From assembly GCA_965205025.1 (NCBI GenBank), contig CBDBFU010000011.1, positions 96,001-160,000 of the forward strand: a stretch of 64,000 bases of DNA, written 5' to 3'. A program made the position numbers and the translations under genes. Source of the stretch: Candidatus Poribacteria bacterium. Its GTDB lineage: Bacteria; Poribacteria; WGA-4E; WGA-3G. Position 1 is the first letter of the stretch. Every line of letters starts with the position of its first letter. Shown here piece after piece: positions 16,994-27,094 of this stretch. The notes below the pieces were generated by a model. That model had not been told where the DNA came from. It did not search any database and was given only the letters and a program-made list of their open reading frames with translations.

Positions 16994-17458
16994 TTATTCT
17001 TTTGAATTCTCCTGTGATTTTTCTTCTGGATGTATCGGCGGGGGTTCAGTGAACTCCTCGCCTCGATCCTCCGCCTCTTTCCGCCGACGTTCCCATTCTG
17101 CAAACTTTCGATAAGCTCTTGCTTCTCCTTCAGCGATTCCTTCTGCTTTGGCAGTTTCTATGGCAGCTGCTATCCGCTTCTCACGTCTTGCTTCAATAAA
17201 GTCTGATAGTAACATGATTAGGTCTATGCCTCCGATTATCATTGCAACGAGTGCCGCACCCACCGGGATAAATGCGGAAATGTCTTTTGTGACATTTTGA
17301 ACAGAAACGTGTTCCTTCCAGCCTTGTGTTATCTCATAATCCAGTGCGATATACCCGTATATGAGAGCGAAAAGAGAAATTAGGAATAAGGCAACGCCTG
17401 TTTTTCCTGTTCTCCAGAAGTCTCGGACGGCGTGCCAGAAGGTTCTAATCTGTTTCAA
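16994..17458 (-). CDS. Hypothetical two-TM membrane protein with charged C-terminal tail (AEGIAEG...EPPP)
   Basis: Two hydrophobic segments and a coiled C-terminus; GGAG upstream. Confidence 0.65.
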   Translation of the reverse strand: MKQIRTFWHAVRDFWRTGKTGVALFLISLFALIYGYIALDYEITQGWKEHVSVQNVTKDISAFIPVGAALVAMIIGGIDLIMLLSDFIEARREKRIAAAIETAKAEGIAEGEARAYRKFAEWERRRKEAEDRGEEFTEPPPIHPEEKSQENSKE

Positions 17459-17984
17459 AATGTGCTCCGTTCTGTTGTATACAATATAACATATTTCAGA
17501 TAAGTAATCAAGGCAAATCTACCTAAAGGGTGTGTAAAGTTTTTGTCACATTACTAAGTACCAAAAAAACTCAATTCCATATACCTTCATTTAGAATTTC
17601 ACATTTACAGTTTATTCATCACTACACTAATGCCGATTAATATCCCTTTCTAATTTACCCCAAAATATATTTATTGAAAAATAAATTGAAGAAAACAAAA
17701 ATATCTAACAACTAATATACAGATATCACAATAACATAAAACAAATTAAAAATATTTGTCAAAATGAAAATAAAATTGTATAATACTATATCGTTCAATA
17801 ATTATAAACTAAATACAACAAATTACTTGGAAGTTACGAATTTAGAACTTTTTGGGACATACCGAATTATAGGAAAATATTTGATGAAATGTCATAACAC
17901 TCATAATCAGAAAGAAATAACAAATACTTCTATGAATACGTCTCTTTTTGCGGAAAATAGAAGTCCTAAACAGAATGGAAACAA

Positions 17985-18125
17985 AAGCACAAAATCACAC
18001 TTTTTAGATTTTTTTATAATTTCATTTAAAATTGCTGTAAAGTCAGTATACAAAAGGGTTCATAGCCCATATTTGCACCAATTTCAATGTCACACCATGT
18101 GACAAAAAGTGTAACTTTTTTCATT
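17985..18125 (+). repeat. Non-coding palindrome module B
   Basis: AATGTCACACCATGTGACAAAAAGTGTAACTTTTTTCA; inverted copies at 52185 and 52592. Confidence 0.7.
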
Positions 18126-18374
18126 TTTCCGAGGCATAGACTAATGCACCAACAACTCGATCTACTGTCTGAGTATTTAGGATTAAATGACTGTTTTTAG
18201 ACCTTATTTTTTGTCTGTATATTTGGAATTAACAATTCTAATTCAGGGAAAACTGAGTATCTAATGATAAGTCTATTTTTTGAAGTTTTGTATATCAAAA
18301 ATACCGTACTCCAGCGGAGTGCTATGTGCCGATACACTTCGTATGAAAAACATATTAGTACTTAATACACACTT

Positions 18375-18557
18375 AAGTTATAGTGTGATTAACGTATGTG
18401 ATTCACGGAGAACGGGTCTACTTTAAATTATAAACCCTTATAGAATAAGGCTTCGTAAAATTGCTCCGTGAAGGTTTCCGTGAAAGTGTAAAAAATTCAA
18501 GACGACAAATATTAACAGTTTTTTACAATACACAGTATCCATAGATCTAACATAACT
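18375..18557 (+). repeat. Non-coding module A (TTCACGGA repeats around ATAAACCCTTATAGAA)
   Basis: Inverted, closely similar copy at 51790-51970. Confidence 0.8.
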
Positions 18558-18648
18558 GGGGTTGAGATGAATACTAAAGATGATATTGGAGATAAATATT
18601 GGTATCCAAGTATGATAGCAGCGTAATGTATAGTGATAATAACTTAAC

Positions 18649-18745
18649 ATACCCAATTTCAGGAAATCCATTGCAAGTATTTATCCTGTTTGCTAAAATA
18701 AACCGATATGCTATCGGTGTATCGTCCTAATCTGTAATTATCCCT
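18649..18745 (+). promoter_or_regulatory. Duplicated promoter-like block, copy 2 (TTGCAA-N17-TAAAAT), upstream of the cytochrome c gene
   Basis: -35 at 18671, -10 at 18694, followed by the CCGATA-TGC-TATCGG dyad. Confidence 0.55.
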
Positions 18746-18819
18746 TTTTGGTGTTGGATATTCGTCATTGATTATTGCGATACAATATTGAATAGCTTCA
18801 GATAAAGGGAGAACAATAC

Positions 18820-19383
18820 ATGAATCGGACAATATATATAATTGGATTAACGGTGATAGTTATTGCTGTTGTCATAGGAGTATCTATTAAATCCGTTGAT
18901 AGTCAGAATGATATGGTAGAACGGGGTAAATACCTTGTTGATGCAGTGGCAGCCTGTGGTTTCTGTCATACACCTCGTGCTGGTGCAGAATATAACGCAG
19001 ATATGTACCTTGCAGGACATGCAGAAGGGGATCTCTATTCACGTTACGATCGGAGTTTGATGCAAAGAGGTATATTTCTTGCATCACCCCCAACTCTGTC
19101 AGCATTTTCAGGTCCTTTTGGAACAAGTTTCGCGACAAATTTAACACCTGATAAAGAAACAGGACTGGGGGAATGGACTGAAGAGATGTTCATTAACGCA
19201 ATGCGGACAGGACATCATCAAGGAAATGTAAATAATCGGAAGATATTCCCACCAATGCCGTGGAAACATTATGCACAAATGAATGATTCTGATCTCAAAG
19301 CTATTTGGGCTTATTTGAAAACAATTAAACCTGTAAAAAATGAAGTTAATCCTATACTAAATCCAATGGGTAGACCATATTAA
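18820..19383 (+). CDS. Membrane-anchored monoheme cytochrome c (gluconate/alcohol dehydrogenase cytochrome-like domain)
   Basis: VERGKYL...CGFCHTP...NLTPDKETGLGEWT...PPMPW...DLKAIWAYL. Confidence 0.88.
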   Translation: MNRTIYIIGLTVIVIAVVIGVSIKSVDSQNDMVERGKYLVDAVAACGFCHTPRAGAEYNADMYLAGHAEGDLYSRYDRSLMQRGIFLASPPTLSAFSGPFGTSFATNLTPDKETGLGEWTEEMFINAMRTGHHQGNVNNRKIFPPMPWKHYAQMNDSDLKAIWAYLKTIKPVKNEVNPILNPMGRPY

Positions 19384-19431
19384 AAATACCTATGTTATAG
19401 GATGTATCTTAGATAATATTGGAGATAATAT

Positions 19432-20496
19432 ATGGCATCGAAACAGAAAAAAGTCCGGGTAGCAGTGGTAGGAATGGGAATTGGTAGACCGAATGGTGCT
19501 GCACTATCAAGAAATCCAAGAGGTGAAGTGGTTGCACTTTGTGATCTGGAAGAAGAACGAATGAAAGCATTCGCTAAGGATTTACCGAGTAAAGTTGAAT
19601 TCTATACTGATTACAAAAAGATGTGCAAAGCAGATGACATTGATGCTGTCTTTGTTGGAACACCAAATCAATGGCATGCACCCATCGCTATGGAAGCAAT
19701 TAACAATGGAAAGCATGTGATGGTTACCAAACCGTTAGCAGATTCTGAAGAAGCTGCTGCTGAATTAGTTGATGTAGCAGAAGCATCAGATGTGGTTAAT
19801 ATGATGTCTCTTTCCACACGATTCGGTCGCCAATGTCAATACCTTGGTAAACTATATCGTGATGACTATTTTGGTGAGATATATTATGCCAGAGCAAGAA
19901 GCGTCCGTAGAAGTGGTATACCTGATTGGAATCTCGGATTTATTCAGAAAGGTGGAGGTGCATTCCGAGATATGGGGGTACATGTTCTTGATTCTGTTTG
20001 GTGGATTATGGGGATGCCAAAACCCGTCTCTGTTCTTGGGGCTGCAGGTGCAAAATTCGGTCCGAAAGGTCTCGGATATTGGAAGGGAGTAAAAGCAAAG
20101 AAAGAACTCTATGAAAAATACGATTCCGATGATTATGCTGGTGGCTTCATTACCTTTGAGAATGGTATAGGTTTACAAGTTGAAAGTTTCTGGGCATCAC
20201 ATCAACCTGGAGAATTTCAGATCGAACTGTTTGGAACTGAAGCTGGAGCAACAATGGATCCACTTAAAGCCTACCGTACTGATAAAAACGGAGAATTTGA
20301 AGATATTGATCTTAAACCACCAAAAAGCAAATACGAACAGACATGGGATGCAATCGCAGACCATTTTATTGAGTGTATTTTGGATGATGTGGAATGCCAA
20401 GCCCCCCTTCGTCATGGATTAATTGTCCAAAAAATGATGGAAGGTCTACTTAGAAGTGGTGAAACTGGACGTGAGGAACTTATTGAGGTTGAATAA
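19432..20496 (+). CDS. Gfo/Idh/MocA family oxidoreductase
   Basis: VAVVGMG, GKHVMVTKP, GGGAFRDMGVH. Confidence 0.92.
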   Translation: MASKQKKVRVAVVGMGIGRPNGAALSRNPRGEVVALCDLEEERMKAFAKDLPSKVEFYTDYKKMCKADDIDAVFVGTPNQWHAPIAMEAINNGKHVMVTKPLADSEEAAAELVDVAEASDVVNMMSLSTRFGRQCQYLGKLYRDDYFGEIYYARARSVRRSGIPDWNLGFIQKGGGAFRDMGVHVLDSVWWIMGMPKPVSVLGAAGAKFGPKGLGYWKGVKAKKELYEKYDSDDYAGGFITFENGIGLQVESFWASHQPGEFQIELFGTEAGATMDPLKAYRTDKNGEFEDIDLKPPKSKYEQTWDAIADHFIECILDDVECQAPLRHGLIVQKMMEGLLRSGETGREELIEVE

Positions 20497-21197
20497 TGAG
20501 CATTGACAAATCAACATTACAAAGTGACTTTGAAAATACCGGATTCGCAATTGTACCTAATCTGTTTTCACGTGATGAAGCACAACGACTAAAGCAGGAA
20601 TGTATTGATATTCTAAAGGCTGTAAAGGAAGAAACAGGGCATGAGGCAGGTAATGGGGTATTAGTAGGATTAGCTGCGCGGAGTCCAGTATTTCAAGAAG
20701 CTGTAGGTGATGGACGTTTACTCGATGTATTAGAGAAGATACTTGCACCGAATATCGAATTTCTAAGTGATAAAGTCGTATTTAAAAGTGAAACCATGAC
20801 ATTTGCAAGTCCATGGCATCAAGATTGGCACTATTGGCATGGGGCACACAAATTCTCTATTTGGGTAGCTCTCGATGATGCTACTGTGGACAATGGTTGT
20901 CTAAAACTCTTCCCAGGCTCACATAAATCCGCAATTGTACATGATGGTGATGCAAGTGATGGATACGGTTTCGGAAATAGACTTCGACCAGATGCCGTGG
21001 ATGAAAACCTTGCTGTAACCGCAGAAATAGAAGCAGGGGGTGCTGTCTTCTTTCATGACCTTACACTCCACTCAAGTCATCCGAACATCTCTGGTGAAGA
21101 ACGATGGGTATGGATACCAACCTATCGTGATGCTAAAGCAGAGGATAACGATTATCCATGGGCTGTTGCAGCGAAAGTAGTACGCGGGAATAACTAA
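20496..21197 (+). CDS. PhyH family Fe(II)/2OG dioxygenase
   Basis: PWHQD, WVALDDATVDNGCL..PGSH, LHSSHPN...R. Confidence 0.92.
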   Translation: MSIDKSTLQSDFENTGFAIVPNLFSRDEAQRLKQECIDILKAVKEETGHEAGNGVLVGLAARSPVFQEAVGDGRLLDVLEKILAPNIEFLSDKVVFKSETMTFASPWHQDWHYWHGAHKFSIWVALDDATVDNGCLKLFPGSHKSAIVHDGDASDGYGFGNRLRPDAVDENLAVTAEIEAGGAVFFHDLTLHSSHPNISGEERWVWIPTYRDAKAEDNDYPWAVAAKVVRGNN

Positions 21198-21368
21198 TAC
21201 TATTTCTGAACATAAAAGTCTCTTTTATGTAGCATAAACTTTCAGCTTGTGCAGTATTTCAAGTTATACATAACAACTATTCATGGGATAAACATTTTTA
21301 AAAAAGGTATAACATACCAACTACAAATTACGATCACACAAGTAAAAAACTGAATTACAGGAGAGAAT

Positions 21369-22223
21369 ATGTTTAAAAATCTAAGTACTGGTGCAATTGG
21401 AATAAGTGCAAACATGCAAGAAGGTTTAGAACTGGCAAAGAATGCAGGTTTTGAAGGATTGGACATCAATATCGGTGAAGCACATCAACTGGCAGAAGAA
21501 CACTCCGTACAACACGTTAAAGACTTATGGTCAGATGCTGGAATTAAGATGGGTGGTTGGGGTTTTGGTGTCAATTGGCGCGGTTCTGATTCGGATTATT
21601 ATGCAGGCTTAGGTCAACTCCCTCAACGCGCCGAATTCGCTGCTGAACTCGGTTGTTACCGTACAAATTGTGTTGTTGGTCCATCATCCAACGATATGAC
21701 TTTTCAGGAAAACTGGGATTTTACTGTCAAACGTCTACGTTCAATTGCTGAAATACTCAAGGATTATGGACATTCATTAGGTCTGGAATTCATTGGACCT
21801 GCTACAAGTCGGAAGGGGGCAAAACATCTCTTTGCCTATTCAATGGATGCAATGTTAGGATTAGCTGCAGCCATCGGTACAGGAAATGTTGGTTTATTAT
21901 TTGATACATGGCATTGGTACACTTGTCACTCAACTTTAGATGATGTACGAAAACTATCTGCATCGGATGTTGTTTATGTCCATATCAACGATGCTCCTGA
22001 TGGTATTGAAACCAACGAACAGATTGACAACATTCGTTGTTTACCGGCTGAGACAGGTGTAATTCCACTCACAGAACTGATGCAGATTCTTGCTGAAATC
22101 GGATATGATGGTCCAGTAACTCCTGAACCGTTTAGTAAGAAAATCGGGGAGATGGAACCAGCTGACGCAGCAAAAGCAACTGCTGAATCCTTAGATCAGG
22201 TATGGGAAAACGCTGGCTTATAA
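21369..22223 (+). CDS. Sugar phosphate isomerase/epimerase (xylose-isomerase-like TIM barrel)
   Basis: GLEF, FDTWH, VHIND, GYDGPVTPE metal-binding motifs. Confidence 0.9.
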   Translation: MFKNLSTGAIGISANMQEGLELAKNAGFEGLDINIGEAHQLAEEHSVQHVKDLWSDAGIKMGGWGFGVNWRGSDSDYYAGLGQLPQRAEFAAELGCYRTNCVVGPSSNDMTFQENWDFTVKRLRSIAEILKDYGHSLGLEFIGPATSRKGAKHLFAYSMDAMLGLAAAIGTGNVGLLFDTWHWYTCHSTLDDVRKLSASDVVYVHINDAPDGIETNEQIDNIRCLPAETGVIPLTELMQILAEIGYDGPVTPEPFSKKIGEMEPADAAKATAESLDQVWENAGL

Positions 22224-22255
22224 GCTACAACTGAATTACATAAGAAGGACACAAT

Positions 22256-23062
22256 GTGAACTTAATTGATAAAGATATCATTCTTGCCATTACACAAAAA
22301 TGGGAAGGGGATCGGTTTCCAGATGGACGTCCACGCGTTCCTGATGACATTCTACAAAGAATGAAAGCTATTACTATTGAGCAAGCGTGGGGAGTTCTTA
22401 ATGGAAACGGTTATAAATACCAATTCGCTGGTGAGTGGATGAACCTACATCCAGACAGAATTCTGGTTGGTAGGGCTGTAACCTGTGCATTTGTACCTAT
22501 CCGTCCTGATTTCAATGACGCTATTTCGCAACAAGGTGAAAAAGAAGGACGCGTTGGGGGACAAAATTCTTGGGTGATTGACACACTTGTAGAGGATGAT
22601 GTCATTGTTGTAGATTTATTCGGTAAAGTCAAAGAAGGCACTTTTGCAGGGGATAACCTTGGGAACTCTATCTTTGCAAAAACCGGAACAGGAATGGTTA
22701 TTGACGGTGGTATTAGAGATTTAGATGGAATTTATGAACTACCAGATTTTTCAACTTTTGTTCGAGGTGTAGATCCAACTGGTATAGCGGATGTCACACT
22801 TACCGGCATCAACATACCTATTCGTATTGATGAAGTAACAGTATTACCCGGTGATGTTGTATTAGGCAGACGTGGTGGCGTGATTTTCATACCTCCCCAA
22901 TATGCACAACAGGTTGTAGAACAAGGTGAAGAGGTTAACCTACGCGACCGTTTTGGACATCAACGATTACGAGAAGGAATCTATACACCCGGTGAAATTG
23001 ATAGAAAATGGAGTGAAGAAATTGAAAAGGATTTTGAAAAATGGCGGTCCACTCAAGAATAA
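22256..23062 (+). CDS. RraA/HMG-CHA aldolase family protein
   Basis: LVGRAVT, GDNL, VIDGGIRD, VLPGDVVLG. Confidence 0.88.
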   Translation: MNLIDKDIILAITQKWEGDRFPDGRPRVPDDILQRMKAITIEQAWGVLNGNGYKYQFAGEWMNLHPDRILVGRAVTCAFVPIRPDFNDAISQQGEKEGRVGGQNSWVIDTLVEDDVIVVDLFGKVKEGTFAGDNLGNSIFAKTGTGMVIDGGIRDLDGIYELPDFSTFVRGVDPTGIADVTLTGINIPIRIDEVTVLPGDVVLGRRGGVIFIPPQYAQQVVEQGEEVNLRDRFGHQRLREGIYTPGEIDRKWSEEIEKDFEKWRSTQE

Positions 23063-23107
23063 TACTAACTACTACCTCACATCCATATTTGAAAGGTAAT
23101 CTCTCAA

Positions 23108-23818
23108 TTGCGTGAATATTCTAAAATAATTGATCGGTTAAATGAACTCGACCTACCTAAAAATATAATCGGTACAGTTCATAACTACCCTATCTTTAAA
23201 CTGTACCTACAATCATCAACCAAAACACAGAAACATGTGCTAATTACAAGTGGGTTACACGGTGATGAACCTGGTGGAATTGAAGCATCATTACAGTTCC
23301 TATCAAGAGATAACTCTAATCTTCTAAAGACATTTAACTTTATTGTTATACCATGTATCAATCCTTACGGTTATGTTCATAATACCCGTGAAAATAAAGA
23401 TGGTATTGATATTAATCGTATGTTTGAGAGTGATGAGATTAGAGAAGTAATGATTATTAAAGAAGCTTTGGATGAAACACAGTTTTCGTTTACAATTGAT
23501 TTTCACGAAGATTATGATGCAACGGGTTTTTATCTATATGAAGGTAAAGATGATGGGAAATTGATTGGACCTGAAATCGCACAACAAGCTACCTCCATCG
23601 GTCCAATTGATACGGATGATTCTGGTGAAGATACTACAAGTATAGTTAAAGGCGTGTATAATGTTTCTCCGAAATGGGGAGCAAAAGGTTTAGCACCATA
23701 CCTATTAAAATACCATACTAAACATGTTCTCATCACAGAGACGCCAACTGTATGGTCTATTGAACAACGTACTTCACTTCATTTAGGTTTATTAGATGCT
23801 GCATTGACATACTATTAA
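23108..23818 (+). CDS. M14 metallopeptidase/succinylglutamate desuccinylase-like protein
   Basis: GLHGDE, INPYG..NTREN..DINR, IDFHE, ITETP. Confidence 0.85.
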   Translation: MREYSKIIDRLNELDLPKNIIGTVHNYPIFKLYLQSSTKTQKHVLITSGLHGDEPGGIEASLQFLSRDNSNLLKTFNFIVIPCINPYGYVHNTRENKDGIDINRMFESDEIREVMIIKEALDETQFSFTIDFHEDYDATGFYLYEGKDDGKLIGPEIAQQATSIGPIDTDDSGEDTTSIVKGVYNVSPKWGAKGLAPYLLKYHTKHVLITETPTVWSIEQRTSLHLGLLDAALTYY

Positions 23819-23829
23819 GAGGAATATCT

Positions 23830-25089
23830 ATGGAGACACAACCAAATCTATCGAATGTAAATACCGCTTCTTGTCCATCAGAATTGAAGATAACTGATAT
23901 GCGTATAGTACGTACAAAAGTTGGTGGACCAATCCTAAAGTTAGACACAAATCAAGGAATCCATGGTCTTGGGGAAGTACGGGATGGTGCCAGTCCAACT
24001 TATGCATTAATGCTGAAAAGTCGGATTATAGGAGAAAACCCGTGTAATGTTGATAAGATATTCAGACAAATAAAGCAGTTTGGACACCATGCCCGCCAAG
24101 GAGGTGGTGTATGCGGAATTGAAATGGCATTGATGGACTTGGCTGGTAAAGCTTACGGTGTACCTTGTTATCAACTTGCTGGTGGCAAATTCAGGGATAA
24201 GATACGGTGTTATAGTGATACTCCATCTTTGAAAGACGCAGAAGCAATGGGGAACATTCTTCAGGAACGGATTGACAGAGGATTTACTTTTCTTAAGATG
24301 GATATAGGTGTTGGCTTACTACGTGGATTAGATGGCACACTTTCTGCCCCAGATGGTAATTTAGATACAAATTCACTGATGCACCCTTTTACAGGTATTC
24401 GTCTAACAGAGAAAGGTATCAGTATCCTGTGTGAGTATGTTGAAACAGTCCGAAACATAATAGGTTATGAAATTCCATTAGCAGTAGACCATTTTGGACA
24501 TATAGGTATTGAGGATTGTATTCGACTTGCAAAAGCATTAGAAAAATACAATTTAGCGTGGTTAGAAGACATGGTACCTTGGCAATTTACAGACCAGTAT
24601 GTTAGACTATCGAATTCCTGTGCAACACCAATCTGTACAGGTGAGGATATCTACTGTAAAGAGGATTTTATGCCATTATTTGAAAGTCGGGGAATTGCAG
24701 TATGCCATCCTGATATTGCAACCTCAGGTGGCATTTTAGAAACAAAGAAGATAGGGGATCTTGCAGAAGATCACGGAATTGCAATGGCACTACATATGGC
24801 TGGTACACCTGTATGTGCAATGGCAAGTGTTCATTGTGCTGCAGCGACTTCAAATTTTATGGTTTTAGAGAACCACTCTGTGGATAATCCGTGGTGGGAT
24901 GAGATGGTAACAGGATTGCCAAATCCAATTATACAGGATGGTTATATCACAGTCCCAGATACACCTGGATTAGGTATTCAGTTGAATGAAGAGATAATCA
25001 AAGAACATCTACATCCAGATGAAACTGGATATTTTGTACCTACAACACAATGGGATAACGAACGTTCACATGATCGATTGTGGAGTTAG
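23830..25089 (+). CDS. Mandelate racemase/muconate lactonizing family dehydratase
   Basis: MDLAGKAYGVP, FLKMD, DHFGH, WLED, TGED, ALHMAG. Confidence 0.9.
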   Translation: METQPNLSNVNTASCPSELKITDMRIVRTKVGGPILKLDTNQGIHGLGEVRDGASPTYALMLKSRIIGENPCNVDKIFRQIKQFGHHARQGGGVCGIEMALMDLAGKAYGVPCYQLAGGKFRDKIRCYSDTPSLKDAEAMGNILQERIDRGFTFLKMDIGVGLLRGLDGTLSAPDGNLDTNSLMHPFTGIRLTEKGISILCEYVETVRNIIGYEIPLAVDHFGHIGIEDCIRLAKALEKYNLAWLEDMVPWQFTDQYVRLSNSCATPICTGEDIYCKEDFMPLFESRGIAVCHPDIATSGGILETKKIGDLAEDHGIAMALHMAGTPVCAMASVHCAAATSNFMVLENHSVDNPWWDEMVTGLPNPIIQDGYITVPDTPGLGIQLNEEIIKEHLHPDETGYFVPTTQWDNERSHDRLWS

Positions 25090-25100
25090 CGGTTGGTAAA

Positions 25101-25580
25101 TTATAGTAATTCCGATAGTTTTGATCCACACCTTGCTATTTTGATATCTGATGAATCACCTCTAAGTACCACTCTGGAGTAAGATTTTCTCAATTGTCTA
25201 ATCTCAGAATTGGAAATACCATTGTGGAGAAGTAAAGGAATGCATATAACATCTACATTCATGGGGATATAGCCTTTAGCGAAATCAACACCACCTTTTA
25301 ATTGTTTAACTGCTTTATTAGCTTCTGCATTTCCTCCCTTGAGTTCCATTGGTACTACTACAAACTTATTTGACTGGTCAAAGTAAAAGAGTACACACTC
25401 ACATTGATTTTCACTATCACGTCCATCTGGATATACAGAATCAAGATCAACAATTACTCGATCATCCTCTGAAACATTAGTTAGGTTAACTCTACATTTA
25501 CCTTTTTTAAATATGTTCCCTTTAAATAAGTGCTCTTTACCGATTTTATTCCGTATACTCTGTAGTATCTTACTCTTCAC
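25101..25580 (-). CDS. Small putative PD-(D/E)XK-like nuclease coupled to the ABC ATPase
   Basis: CECVLF...VPMELKGG...AVKQL; 4-nt overlap with the ATPase stop. Confidence 0.6.
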   Translation of the reverse strand: MKSKILQSIRNKIGKEHLFKGNIFKKGKCRVNLTNVSEDDRVIVDLDSVYPDGRDSENQCECVLFYFDQSNKFVVVPMELKGGNAEANKAVKQLKGGVDFAKGYIPMNVDVICIPLLLHNGISNSEIRQLRKSYSRVVLRGDSSDIKIARCGSKLSELL

Positions 25581-27055
25581 TCGTGCTTATCTCCTGTCTT
25601 TTCCATGAGTAAGGTTCGTAGATCTACAGATTGATTGTATAACCCCTCCGCAACTTCCCCATAATCCATCGGTTCAAAACCGTTAATTGGATCAAAAATT
25701 ATTTCCTCAACTGGTTTGTCAGAATGAAACCACCATGTACCAACCTCATCTGCTGTAAGCCAAGATTCTGACTCGGTTTGATTCTCTCCTCTTTTCTTCA
25801 TTTCACCAATGCGAACTAAGTTACTAATCTGTTCAAGGAACCACTCACTATGTGTTGTAATAATCACACGGACTCCTGCTCTTACTAATTTAGCTAATGT
25901 AATTGCTACTTGTGTCTGAGCACCAGGATGTAAATGGGATTCTGGTTCTTCAATTATGAGGGTATCTCCCCGTTTAACAATTCCACGTAAAAACAAGACC
26001 AATGGAGTAAGTTCTGATACCATAGATGAGGATTGATTCATTTGAAAATTCTTATTTGTTTTATTTGGGTGATAAAGGAATTCTGGGTATGCTGACGGAG
26101 CTGTTCGGTTAACTTGTATCTTCCCTCCCAGTACCTCTTCCTCTAATTTATCTGCGATTTGTCGTATTTTATTGTCACTTCTACTTCGTTTATTTTGCTC
26201 TTTATAATGTATGATAAACTTAAGAAAATCTACAATCATACCTGAAAATGTAGATATTTCAGGAAAAAGTTCTATTCCTATACGAGATGAACGTTCTACA
26301 AGTGAACTGGCAATTACACCATGACTCTGCATAATTCCACTTCGTGCAGCAGGTAGGTAGTATGATTTTCTTCTCTGTTTAAAGAAAGAAGAATGTAGAT
26401 ATTCATTCAGCTCCTCAAGACCAAGTGTCTTTTGTAACTTCTTCTTACCACTAGACAATATTACTAAATCCGGATTTATGATTCCTTCTACTACGGGTTT
26501 CTTAGTACCAGAACAATTCAGACTAAAATTCCAAAGATTCTTTTTTCCATCATCAACTTTTATAGAAACAGATAGTCGACTTGACTTATTGCCTGTATTA
26601 CGTCTCAAGTTAGAGATTGACTCGTGGTCAAAACATCTCTTAAGCTCTTCTATCAAAAAAGATGAATCCTTAAAATCTGAGATAAGATCGGTATATATTC
26701 TCTGTGGTAGATCAGAAAAAGTGAAGGGTTGATCAATATTATTCAGTTTTTCAAGAGTATTACGTATATCTTCCTTTTCTGATTCAGTTTCTGCTTCGTT
26801 AATCCTATAGAAGTAGTTTTGAATGAGAAAATAGTGTAATTGATAATGAGTAGATATAGACCAAGGAAATTGTGGAAAACCATCAAATGCACGATGCATG
26901 GCATAAATGAGTGCTGAAAGATAGGTCTTCCCTGAATTACTTTCTCCAACAAACACAGTTAATGGACGGAGATCAATTTCAGCACTTTTTATAGGTCCAA
27001 AGTTTTGAGCTGAAACTTGAATTTTCTGATTTCTTGAACTTCTAATATTTCTCAT
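25577..27055 (-). CDS. ABC-type ATPase (AAA_15/AAA_21, OLD/AbiE-like)
   Basis: NFGPI, Walker A GESNSGKT, LIIEEPESHLHP, ITTHS. Confidence 0.88.
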   Translation of the reverse strand: MRNIRSSRNQKIQVSAQNFGPIKSAEIDLRPLTVFVGESNSGKTYLSALIYAMHRAFDGFPQFPWSISTHYQLHYFLIQNYFYRINEAETESEKEDIRNTLEKLNNIDQPFTFSDLPQRIYTDLISDFKDSSFLIEELKRCFDHESISNLRRNTGNKSSRLSVSIKVDDGKKNLWNFSLNCSGTKKPVVEGIINPDLVILSSGKKKLQKTLGLEELNEYLHSSFFKQRRKSYYLPAARSGIMQSHGVIASSLVERSSRIGIELFPEISTFSGMIVDFLKFIIHYKEQNKRSRSDNKIRQIADKLEEEVLGGKIQVNRTAPSAYPEFLYHPNKTNKNFQMNQSSSMVSELTPLVLFLRGIVKRGDTLIIEEPESHLHPGAQTQVAITLAKLVRAGVRVIITTHSEWFLEQISNLVRIGEMKKRGENQTESESWLTADEVGTWWFHSDKPVEEIIFDPINGFEPMDYGEVAEGLYNQSVDLRTLLMEKTGDKHE

Positions 27056-27094
27056 TTATATATTATATAATATTATAACCCAAATTGCTATCTT

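Noticed and set aside
17764-18102. 112-aa ORF, also 18438..18671, 52404..52883 and 52450..52680
   Set aside because: Low-complexity translations lying over non-coding repeat modules, with no RBS or protein motif
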